Source of the DNA: Octopus sinensis
Taxonomy: Eukaryota
Length of the DNA stretch: 64,000 bases
Direction: 5' to 3'
Assembly (NCBI RefSeq): GCF_006345805.1
Contig: NC_042998.1
Location: 166,594,001 to 166,658,000 of the forward strand
Positions 52,719 to 64,000 of this stretch are shown in pieces (within the stretch, counting starts at the first letter, position 1; each line of letters begins with the position of its first letter). The notes below the pieces were generated by a model. The model was given only the letters and a program-made list of their open reading frames with translations. It had not been told where the DNA came from and made no database searches. A program made the translations under genes and the position numbers.

Positions 52719-54599
52719 TTTTGGCTGGCCACAAGACTGGAACAACAATAGTGCATAAACAATACCTAAGATTCACAATGGATTGTGGTAGTTTTATCTT
52801 CAGCTTCAATCTCTCCACAACGAACCGCAATAAAATTTTAAATACACAAGAGAGCGCAAAACTATACATCAGACGATAACATATCCTAGACTTTTTTTAT
52901 ACAACGAAACAAAAATATAAAAATGAAAGACAACCCGGACATGCGAGAGACGTAGCTTCCAAACGTGGCAAACTTCAACGTCCCAGATTTCTGCTATAGG
53001 AACATACTAAAAACACTATCTGTCCGATTTAACCGAGATAAACATAAAAAGCAGAAATAGCTACATCAATATCTTCAATGCTCCCAAAAACCTGTTGGGT
53101 TGTGCAGCACCAACAATAAGTATAACAGTCGCGCTCTCACCGAGACTACCTTACTGCTTCCTCTATAACGACCACCACAATCTATGAGCGCTTATTATTA
53201 GATTAGACGATGTGGAGGTTATATTATGTTCAACTAACAGGCTGCATTGTGTATAATTCACTACTACATGTATGGTCCTTAGCTTGTCGGAAACAAGACA
53301 TAACTCAGCAGCTTTATCTCTGGACGGTCTTATGTCATTTGGCCGACTTTCAGTGTACAACATGACTACTCTATCCAGGCGGACTTGGGACTTCCCAACC
53401 ACAACAGTACCATCAACTAAAGGAGTGTTTAAGTGGTTGCTTGACCTTACTAGAAATGACTCTCTCTTACATCATGCCCTCTAGGTTGAAAAGCGGGAAA
53501 TGCTTGAGTAAAGGACGTGATGGCAATAACTACAATGCTTTTGATTACATGTTTATTCAGTTAGTGAATAACTGGGTCTTAAGAACAGCAACATCATCAC
53601 CACAGACATCAATCACTACCACTAGCTTCATCCAAACTATCAAACAAGCGAGGAAGCTTCTACACGGCCGTTCAACTAACTAGAGATAACAGTCGAAAAT
53701 CCCACAAAAAAACACTCAATTGTCAGCAGGTAGATAATCAGAATGCTTTCAGTCATAAATCTGTTCGATCAGAACTGATCTGTAGTTGACAAATATCACT
53801 ATCATCATAATAACCAACTCAAATACCAGCACCATAATTCACATCAGTGTTACCTTAAACATCATATCATAACTAAAATCATCACCATCACTAACATCAC
53901 TAACACACGAACAATGTGACCACTAATATTACCACATCATTATTCTCCACCAAATCTAACGTCAACACTAAAACTATCTTCATTTCTTACGACTAAACAA
54001 GAACAAAATCAATAGCAAAAAACACAACCCCCCCCCCCCCAGACATTTAGGTGCCTCGGAAAGTTCGGAATGAAACGATGAGGTTCAGCTTTTAAACGCT
54101 GAAGATTTGGCACGGCTGATCGGACGTTCAGCCTGTCTTGGTAATTGTACGTTTTGGTACTGGAGGCAAACATCCACACAGCTGCAGAGATGTACACATA
54201 CAGAGAAAGAGAGAGAGAGAGAGATGGAGAGAGAGATTACAATTATTAAATGAATACAATTGATATAGACACTTTCCCTCTCCTCACAAATAGAGAAATA
54301 ATCTCATATATATAAACAAAGAGAGGGGAAGAAGGGGAGAGAAGGAGAGAGAGAGGCAGGGACAGAGGGAAGGATAAAACGAAAAGCTAAGATGTTTGAT
54401 GTCAACTATGTCAGCGTCGAATCAACGACACCAAAAAGGCAGAGCCAAAACGGCTGTGCCAAAACATTTCATACCCTTAGAAGTTAGATTCTTTGGGAAA
54501 TATTTTAGCGCTGATTTCAAATTTGACTCAGTTGTAATTAAAAACTATTCTGCCATTTTGACACAAAAATAATGTTATTAATTTATTACCCGATCCCTA

Positions 54600-54818
54600 A
54601 GGGAGCGAGCTGGCAGAATCGTTATTACGCCCGACAAAATGCTTAACGGCATTACCTTCGTATTTAGGTTCTGAGTTCAAGTGTCTACGAGGTTGACTTT
54701 GCTTTTCATCTTTCCGGGGCCGATGAAATAAGTACCAGTCAAGTACTGAAGATGATGTAATCCACTAGACCCTTTCCCTCAAAATTCCAGGCCTTATGCC
54801 TATAGTAGAACGGATTAA
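54600..54818 (+). mobile_element. SINE family B (alternative tail)
   Basis: GCGAGCTGGCAGAATCG head; GGCCTTATGCCTATAGTAGAA tail. Confidence 0.78.
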
Positions 54819-56194
54819 TATATCATATGTTTACTTCAACCACCATATATCACTAAATAAGCTTCTTTCGACACAAAATCTTATTGTGCAGTCAAACATT
54901 AGATGCTATGGACATTGTAACTAAAAATATATAACTAAGGCTTATAAAATGATCAGTCATTCAACCCATAAGAAGCATCTTTTATAGGATATCTACGGTA
55001 AGAATTATCAGAACGGTCCCACAAACACTGGTTCCAGTAGTCACATCTGACATCGTGGTGTGATCGTATTCAAATTCTTTCTCCTTCTTCACTTAAATCA
55101 ACAAAATTTTGTGAGTAGTAAACCTTAGTTTTTATGATACAACCAAAGCGATTACGTGAAACTTGGATTAACGATGGCGTAAACTCTATCTTGTGTGTGT
55201 GTGTGTGTGTGTACATACATCAAACGCACGTCTCTCTCCTCCTCTCTCTCTCTCTCTACACATACACAAACACACACACATAAAAGTTCAGGATTCAAGC
55301 GGATCAGGTCCTTAAAAGTAAAGCAGCAATGTCGGGTTATCTGGTACATAACTGAAGCAGTATTAGATTAAAATAGCTATCTATATATCATACTTAATAT
55401 ACATATATATATAGCGTTTAAAGGCCAGTTACAACGATATTCACTCAAAGATAACGTCTCTTGTGAACGTGTTGCCTTTAAAAATACAATCATATCGGAA
55501 TGAGATGACAATCGTCCCAGTAGCAGTAAGCGAGAACGCCAAGTGCATTTCGGCATAGTTGGGGTTTGTCAATGGCGTGTATTCACAACAAGCCACATTC
55601 CTAGACCATATCTGTCGCCTCCGATATATAGGACGAGTACTGCAGTAACTAGTCCTTCAACGATATTCATTAAGTATGATATTCAGGTGTATATATTAAA
55701 TCGCTCTTGAGTTATCTTTTGGTCATTTTCGTTTCTGCCGACTCAAAAGTCATAAAAAGCACAGATTATTTGTATAGCTACTTACTTTTATGACCAAAGA
55801 GATACGTTGCCATTTTTAAGTCTACACCAGCGATTCTCAGTCGATTGTAGCTCAGATCACTTTTTCATGAATAGTATTCTTATAAAGCTCCCCATCACTA
55901 TGTTTCATGGATTATTTTAATAAAGCAGAAGCTAATTTTGCGTAGAGATTTATCATTAATATTTACTTATCCCATTTCATCTATCATGGGCCTCTCTATG
56001 AACTAGTGCCCCTATGCTTATTTTTTAAGGAAATTAATAAAGACGGCAAGGACTTATATAGCATAATTATATTAGGCCTTGTTGCGTCAGTAGTCATGGC
56101 TTTGCTCGCTGATATGATTTTCAGTTCATATTTTAATCACAGTCCTGACGGAGATATTTTCGAAAATGCATTTAAAATATAGTATAAATAATGA

Positions 56195-56440
56195 ATAAAT
56201 GCGCCCTTTTAAAACCTAGCCAGTCTCATGGGCCCGGTTTCCGTGGCGTATGTGTTCCCCAGCTGGACGGGAATCCAGTCCATCGCAGCGTTACTCAATT
56301 TTTGCCAGATGAGTGAACTGGAGCAACGTGAAATGAAGTGTTTTGCTCAAGAACACAACGCGTCGCCCGGCCCAGGAATCGAAACCACGAATCTTACGAT
56401 CATGATGCTGACATCCTAACCACTAAGCCACGCGCTTCAA
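56195..56440 (-). mobile_element. tRNA-headed SINE sharing the V-like tail of the 30152 copy
   Basis: CTAGCCAGTCTCATGGGCCCGGTTTCC..CCCAGCTGGACGGG; head GTGGCTTAGTGGTTAGG..GGTTTCGATTCCTGG on the minus strand. Confidence 0.78.
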
Positions 56441-56649
56441 CTTAAAATATAATACCTAGTTTAAATACTTTACATCTTAGAAAACTCATGGATCCCTCTA
56501 AATATCCAGCGCCGCTCATTGGCATCGGCCATTCTGTTTTAAGCTCATAACGCTCTCAGTGGGAGTTGGTTAAAATCAACTCTTTTCCGAAAATCACCCT
56601 TCAAAACTGGAGTGATTATCACGCATTTCTCTTTCACACAAATGTGAAG

Positions 56650-56945
56650 GGGTGTGGTTTAGTGGTTAAGAGAATTCGGCTCACGGACGCGAGTTCGATT
56701 CCTGGCGGTGTGTTATATCCTTGAGCAAGGCCCTTTATTTCACGTTGTTCCAGTCCATCCAGCTGGCAGAAATGAATTGTACCTTTAATTCAAATGCCAT
56801 CCTTGTCACATTCTGTGTCACGCTGAATCTCCCTAAGAACTAAGTTAAGGATACGCGTGTCAGTAGAATGCTCAGCCACTTGCACGTTAATTTCACGAGT
56901 AGGTTGTTCCGTTTATCGGATCAACAGCAAGCCCCATCATAACCA
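56650..56945 (+). mobile_element. tRNA-headed SINE, further subfamily
   Basis: GTGGTTTAGTGGTTAAG A box, GAGTTCGATTCC B box, CCTTGAGCAAG body. Confidence 0.68.
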
Positions 56946-57066
56946 AATGAGTACCAGTTTTTCTTTCATACGGCTAGAGTAAATATGCTGACTAATACTG
57001 ACTGAGAAGTCACCAAAATTAAAGCAAGAGGCAACCGGGCCATTAATTTTACTACATATATAGATA

Positions 57067-57472
57067 GGCGCAGGAGTGGCTGTGTGGTAAGTAGCTTGCT
57101 AACCAACCACATGGTTCCGGGTTCAGTCCCACTGCGTGGCATCTTGGGCAAGTGTCTTCTGCTATAGCCTCGGGCCGACCAAAGCCTTGTGAGTGGATTT
57201 GGTAGACGGAAACTGAAAGAAGCCTGTCGTATATATGTATATATATATATATATGTGTGTGTTTGTGTGTCTGTGTTTGTCCCCCTAGCATTGCTTGACA
57301 ACTGATGCTGGTGTGTTTACGTCCCCGTTACTTAGCGGTTCGGCAAAAGAGACCGATAGAATAAGTAATGGGCTTACAACGAATAAGTCCCGGGGTCGAT
57401 TTGCTCGACTAACGGCGGTGCTCCAGCATGGCCGCAGTCAAATGACTGAAACAGTAAAAGAGTAAAAGAGTA
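57067..57472 (+). mobile_element. SINE family A, intact reference copy
   Basis: GGCGCAGGAGTGGCTGTGTGGTAAG (A box), GGTTCAGTCCC (B box), CTTGGGCAAGTG CORE-like body, (TA/TG)n, tail ending (GTAAAAGA)n. Confidence 0.92.
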
Positions 57473-57749
57473 TATAAATAAAAGAGTGTGTTACATAACC
57501 AAATTTAGGGTTGTTCATACAACAATGATGGAATATTTTGAATCAATACCTAAAATAAAGTCAAGAAGATTCCAAATTTCTTGGATGTCTCCAGCCCCGT
57601 ATATAGATTTACTGATCCTAAATGCACTGCTACCAAAAACCGCGCGTTATTCACATCAAATTCAAGAAAATTGCCCTTACTTCTTTCACTAAAACTACAG
57701 CTACACCACTACCGAAACCAAGGTTTCTACTAATATCACTATAAACAAT

Positions 57750-57938
57750 ACTAATGGCATCGCTACTACCACCATCACCACCCGCACCCCCACCATCACC
57801 ACAAACGATACCATCGCTAACAATAACATCAAAACCCGCTACCACCACCAAACGCCAGCATCATTGCCACTACCGACATCAATATCGCAGAGCCCTAACA
57901 TTCCTAACACTTTTAACATCATCACCAACTTCTTCATC

Positions 57939-57984
<46 letters not shown>

Positions 57985-58122
57985 ACTTCTTCTTCTTCTT
58001 CTTCTTCGTCTTCGTCTTCTTTTTTGTCGTCGTCGTCGTCGCCATCATCATCGTAATCATCATCTTCATCTTCATTGACACCATCATCGTTACCACCACC
58101 ATCATTATCATCGTCGTCGTCG

Positions 58123-58156
<34 letters not shown>

Positions 58157-58178
58157 GATCATCATCATCATCATCATG

Positions 58179-58210
<32 letters not shown>

Positions 58211-58495
58211 CACCACCATCATCATCGTCTTCACCATCATCTAATGATTATCATATCAACAATATCCTCCTCTTTTCCTCCGCCTCCTCATCACCATTAT
58301 CATCATCGTCGTCATCGTCTTTATCATGATCATCATCACCATCATTATCGTCGTCATCATCCGCTTCATCATTATGATCATTGTCACCAACATTATCATC
58401 ATCATCATCGTCGCCATTACCATCGTCGCCATTAACTTCTTCTTCGTCAGCATCATCATCATCAGCAGCAGCAGCAGCAGCAGTAGCATCAAGAG
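57750..58495. repeat. Mosaic trinucleotide tract (CAT/CTT/CGT/CAG)n
   Basis: Directly visible. Confidence 0.9.
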
Positions 58496-59161
58496 CAATG
58501 GCAAAGGAGGACAGTAACCGCTACTACTGGAAAAAAAGAAAGAGAATTTCTACTAAAAAGCGTGATGCCAACGTGGCAATAATTTGTTTATGGAAATACA
58601 TCTACACACACACTTACGCACAGAGACGCGCACGTCGACGTCCACACACACACACACACACACACACACAGGCATTCACACGCACGCACATACACAAACA
58701 TATACACACACACGTACACATATGAACATAAATATATGCACACGATCTGGCATACACGCACACGAAGCCTATGCCACGTTAATATGAATATAATGTCATA
58801 CAGGCAACACAGTTAATTATAACTAAAATAGCAATATATATATATATATGTGTCTGTGTCTGTGTGTATGTATGTATATGATTCACTTCAACATTTATAG
58901 ATATATATATATATATATATATCCTTCGAAACGTTTAGTAGATGAAACCTTAGCGACTGAAGAAGGGGATTTTTCGTTGTGCTTATTGTCCTGTATCTCT
59001 TTTTTTGCTTGTCTTGTTCCTTGGTTTGTGTCTATGTGTTTCGTCTCTCTATGTGTTCGACGTCTTTTTGGTGTCCTGTACACATATATGCGTGTATATG
59101 TACATGTAGAGGTAGGTACGTACATATATGTTTATATATATGCATATGTTCTATTTTATTA

Positions 59162-59379
<218 letters not shown>

Positions 59380-59619
59380 TACTTATGCCTATATAACCTA
59401 CATACACGTGCAAACAAGGATTGACATATACACACACACTAACAAACACATACACTCAAAAACGCACTCAGACATACGCTTGCAGTGCAAACATTCACTT
59501 ATGTGTACATTACAATGCTTCTGCCCCTTAGAAACATCACACGCACATCACAAGACACGCTGTAAGGAATCTTGTGTAATTAATCTTATGTGCAAAAATC
59601 TGCCTGATGTCATGTATAA

Positions 59620-59660
59620 GTATGTATGTATGTATGTATGTATGTGTGTATGCATGTATG

Positions 59661-59694
<34 letters not shown>

Positions 59695-60327
59695 TGTATG
59701 TATGTATGTGTGTATGTATGTATGTATGTATGTATGTATGTTTGTATGCATGCATGTATGCATGTATGCATGTATGTATGTACGTAGGTATGCATGTATG
59801 TTTGTATGCATGTATGTATGCATGTATGTATGCATGTATGTATGTATGTATGTTTGTATGCATGTATGTATGCATGTATGCATGTATGTATGTACGTAGG
59901 TATGTATGTATGTATGTATGCATGTATGTATGTATGTAGGTATGTATGTATGCATGTATGTATGCATGTATGCATGTATGTATGTATGTTTGTATGCATG
60001 TATGTATGCATGTATGCATGTATGTATGTACGTAGGTATGTATGTATGCATGTATGTATGTATGTATGTATGTATGTACGTAGGTATGCATGTATGCATG
60101 TATGTATGTATGTATGTATGTATGTATGCATGCATGCATGTATGTATGTATGTACGTAGGTATGTATGCATGTATGTATGTATGTATGTATGTATGTATG
60201 TATGCATGCATGCATGTATGTATGTATGTATGTATGTATGTATGTATGTATGTTTGTATGCATGTATGTATGTATGTATGTATGCATGCATGCATGTATG
60301 TATGTATGTATGTTTGTTTGTATGTAT
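59620..60327. repeat. (TATG)n array with recurrent variant units
   Basis: TGCA, TTTG and TACGTAGG variants recur in an ordered pattern. Confidence 0.93.
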
Positions 60328-60339
60328 TTATGTTATGTT

Positions 60340-60850
60340 ATGTCAGGTCACATTCGAGTGCTATTAGTAACATGTAACCTAGTACAACCTGTTGCATGGT
60401 CGGGTCGTCGGCGACTAAACCGGCAACCCAACCAAGCTTGCTTGGTGAGGAGAGTGTTTATTGGACACCTTGCTAGATGAAAAACAGAACCCGTTAAAGG
60501 GAGGAGGAACTCTTGAGAGTCAACGGTCATCCACTAAATGTGTTATGGCGGTATCATGCGCGGGGACATAGAAATAATTAGACTGAATACCCGATCGCGC
60601 GCTTAAACCATTGAGAGTGATGGACTCCTAGCCTTTGTTAGGGCATCCTTCCAGGAGAAGGTAACTCAGGTAACTGGGATAACTCCGACATAAGATCTAC
60701 GGCTCAGTGGTTACCGATGATGTTGACTTGTTCTTCTTTTCGGATTATGGCTGCTGTTGCTTAGTGAGTGGGATTGACTCAGTGCACAGCCTTTCCTCAC
60801 TATAACAAAAAATCTTCTTGCACAGGCATTGCACGATAACAACATTAAGC
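60340..60850 (+). mobile_element. Possible RTE-type 5' region or non-autonomous element inserted in (TATG)n
   Basis: Complex, GC-richer block bounded by (TATG)n; GGGCATCCTTCCAGGAGAAGGTAACTC resembles RTE 5'-UTR motifs (from recall). Confidence 0.4.
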
Positions 60851-60906
60851 TTCATGCAATGGCCATACTCGATAACGAGAGGGCAGCCACCATGTATGCA
60901 TGTATG

Positions 60907-60940
<34 letters not shown>

Positions 60941-61239
60941 TGTATGTATGTATGTATGTATGTATGTATATTCATGCATAAATGTATATATGTTCATGTA
61001 TTGTTGGAACCTATTTAGTTCTAGATCATCCCTTAACGAATGTATTCCAGTTTTGACCATCATATTTTGTTCACACGCTGAATGGTTAAGAGTACATTAT
61101 CTAATGTGGGATCCAATTAATTAAGGCTGTAAGTTACCATTTGTACGTGTTTTAAGTAGCTCTTTCTAGCACCTCTTCAAATGACATCGCATCGTCTATT
61201 CTTTATTCATGTAATCACAAATTTCTGTTTTATCCTTTA

Positions 61240-61615
61240 TCCATTCCTTGCTTCGGTCGTCAGCCTACGGCCATACTGGGGCACAGCCTTGGATAGTTTA
61301 GTCGAACAAATTTCGTCTAGTGCTTAATTTGTTTGTCTGGTATTTACTCTATCATTTTTTAAACCGAATCACTAAGTTACAGGAAATGTAAACAAGAAGC
61401 CAACATTGGTTATTGAACTGTGTGGAAGGGGACAACCACAAACACAAAGACACACACACACACAGTTGAATCTACACAGTTTCCGTCAACCATGTTCATT
61501 TATAACCCGGGGTTACAGTAGAAGATACTTTTCCAGGGTTCCACGCAATTGGAGTGAACCCAAATGCACGTGACTACAAAGCGAACGTTTTAACACAGGA
61601 CCATGCATGCGCCCA
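61240..61615 (-). mobile_element. SINE family A, old diverged copy
   Basis: GGCCATACTGGGGCAC tail; CAGTTTCCGTCAACC..GTAGAAGATACTT head. Confidence 0.68.
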
Positions 61616-62012
61616 TTTTATAGATATAGTTCATACTTTTCATTACATACTTTTTATTTATGTATTCATTTATTTTTGTGGTTTTTGATATTGGTAACGA
61701 TGTTTTCTTGAACAATCTCTAGACCAATACTGTATGCAAAAACCAAATACATGACACCCTAGGTATAACGCCAACATGAACTTCTAACTTATTGTCTCTT
61801 GGGGTATCTGGGTGAGACTTGAAGTCAACTTTTACAAATACAAAGCAAAAGTCAAACATATAATAATAATGACTTTGTAAATTAACAATCTGCTGTGTTT
61901 ATTTTAATGGCCTACCAATGTATACAGTAAGTTTCTCTGCCCTAAGTTTCAGGAAGACATTCGGCAAGAAATGGAATCAGAACTGAAAGACGATGCTAAT
62001 GAAAACATAATA

Positions 62013-62632
62013 AATGCAGTACCAGGTACTCACTCGCATGGCTTCTGATCTTAACTGAATGTCCCCAGCATTCCCCAGTGGGGCATGTCCTTTAGTGGCT
62101 GGCGATATTAGCATCTCTGGTCAAGAGCAGAAGTAGTGGGAGATCATAGACAAGTGTTGAGCGGAATTCTTTGGAGTTTGAAAATTCACCTCTGGAAACA
62201 TGGGTGTTTCGTTCAACATCCTTAAACAACCCTTATTCGAGAACTTTTAGAGAGGAATGGGCTACTCGACCTGAAGAAAAAATCCAACTGGGTCCCACCT
62301 GCAAGGTCATGGGCTGTTTACCTTGATATGAGACCACTATGTTGCGCACAGAAATATCAATTGAAGTAACTAAATTGTGCCAGCTCTGTAACATGTATGC
62401 ATATAAGTATAGTTTGTTTGAAATGTGAATCTTCGGTGTAAGTTTCTTTTGATACATGAGTGTGTATATGTGCGTATGTGTGCTTGCATGAGCTTGCTGA
62501 ATAGAATTACAAGTAAATTAATGCTACAAACATCATCATGGTGTACTTTTAACAGACGGGTAGCTATGATGGGTATATTGGGTTTCGTATATTTTACCCC
62601 AGTGTTTCTGATGGCATGCACTGCTCCCTCAC
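62013..62632 (+). mobile_element. Second copy of the TAA-flanked element, with an internal insertion near 62355-62540
   Basis: ATGCAGTACCAGG..GGCTTCTGATCTTAACTG..TTCACCTCTGGAAACATGGGTGTTTCGTTCAAC..TTTTACCCCAGTG..(TAA)n. Confidence 0.75.
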
Positions 62633-62654
62633 ATAATAATAATAATAGTAGTAA

Positions 62655-62725
<71 letters not shown>

Positions 62726-62749
62726 ATGATGATGATGATGATGATGGTG

Positions 62750-62788
<39 letters not shown>

Positions 62789-62814
62789 TAATAATAATAA
62801 CAATAATAATAATA

Positions 62815-62980
62815 ATAATCCTTTCAACTACAGGCACAAAGCCTGAAATTTGGGGGCGGGGGCTAGTGGATGACATCGACCCCAATACTCACCTGGTACA
62901 TCCTGAAAGGATGAAAGGCAAAGTCGACCTCGGCGGAATTTGAACTCAGAACGTAAAGATGAACGAAATGCCACTAAGCT
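62815..62980 (-). mobile_element. SINE family B, 5'-truncated, alternative tail
   Basis: GGCACAAAGCCTGAAATTTGGGG..GAAAGGATGAAAGGCAAAGTCGACCTCGGCGG. Confidence 0.8.
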
Positions 62981-63720
62981 GCTCCAGAGCATCCTGCTCG
63001 AACCGGGATTCGGAAGGGCTGTGTTGGCTTATCCGGACGACACCATCGTGATGGTGTCGAACACCTCAGAAATCGAGGTGGTCAGCAAATCATTGGAGGA
63101 ATATGAAAAGTTGACAGGAACAAAATTTAACCCGAAAAGTCGGTGGCCTTGCAGCATGGCACTTGGAGAGGCAAGTCCATGCTTTCCAACAGCATCGTTG
63201 GGTGCTGGTAAAATTGCTTGGGGTTTCGTTCGGACCAGACCTCCAGGTGGACAAGAATTAGAACCTGGTGACGAAAAGGGTAGTCAATCTCACCCAGAAA
63301 TGGGCTTGCGAGGAGGCTGTCATTGAATGGTCGGACGGATGTGACTAATGCGTACATCGCGTCTGTCATCTACTTCCTGATCGTCGTCGTTTGCCTCCGT
63401 TTGTGCCTCTTCGAGTTGTGGCGCTTCCTCTTCAAATTCTTGTGGAGGGAACAGGTTCCGTTGGCGAGGCGGTCCATCTACTGGAGGGCTGGGCATGCTG
63501 TGGATAATGATGCGTAGGCATACGCTGAGGCTGCAGCATCTCCAGATATTCTGTCTAAACGGTGAGCAGGTTCGTGAACATCCACCAGGCACTGGGCAGT
63601 TTCTCTTCCAGCCCCAAATCACTATGTCAGGTCTATTATGCTTACATTCTATTGAGATTTTCACTGAGACATTCTACCAGTTATCCTTCCTATTATGAGT
63701 GGTTATGGCCTCTACCATAC
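62981..63720 (+). pseudogene. Tx1/L1-like LINE reverse transcriptase fragment
   Basis: VLAYPDDTIVMVSNTSEIEVVSKSLEEYEKLTGTKFNPKS (YADD domain), then SLNGRTDVTNAYIASVIYFL and LFKFLW. Confidence 0.8.
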
Positions 63721-64000
63721 TGTGGGTTCTTATTTCTTTGGTCTCCTTAAGACGTGTATCTATGAATGTACAATGAAATAATCTTGGTCTTTGATGCATC
63801 ATTAACCACAATATCCGACATATATGCAAATCCTGATAAAAATGTGTTTGATATATATATATATGTCTTGTAAATTGTTTATTTTGTAATTATTCTGTCA
63901 AAAATTACAACTTTCATTAAAGACATTGCTAATCCTTTAGCAAGCCTTGACATTTGACGCTCTTTTGTCAACTCACGTCTCGAAAGGAGATGCTAGGGCC

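Noticed and set aside
50960-54000. A/C-skewed unique-looking region as a gene or exon set
   Set aside because: No ORF with recognisable motifs; probably old repeat debris, unresolved without a database search

Overview
Eukaryotic, AT-rich, repeat-saturated non-coding DNA. The SINE families and the very high microsatellite density point to a cephalopod, probably Octopus; this is inferred from recalled repeat families, not from a search. I found no host protein-coding exon, rRNA, true tRNA or CRISPR array, and almost every ORF in the track is a microsatellite or SINE translation. What is present: (i) about 40 copies or fragments of at least three tRNA-headed SINE families; (ii) two full-length but disrupted mariner transposons with TIRs and TA ends (3038-4320, 21380-22667), plus deleted copies and mariner MITEs; (iii) a 5'-truncated R4/Dong-type RLE non-LTR retrotransposon (44.6-47.3 kb) inside a stack of TAA-flanked elements; (iv) decayed Penelope-like elements (GIY-YIG at about 26.7-27.2 kb, RT plus EN at about 49.2-50.5 kb) and Penelope-type terminal repeats; (v) RTE-like and Tx1/L1-like RT fragments. 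Most notable: a back-to-back inverted pair of structurally complete type I hammerhead ribozyme motifs at 39.55-39.68 kb; a 13-copy array of a mariner terminal repeat fused to (TATG)n at 11.6-13.2 kb; the same ordered stack of TAA-flanked elements at two loci; and three-level nesting of SINEs through their internal microsatellite. Coordinates of degenerate elements are approximate.
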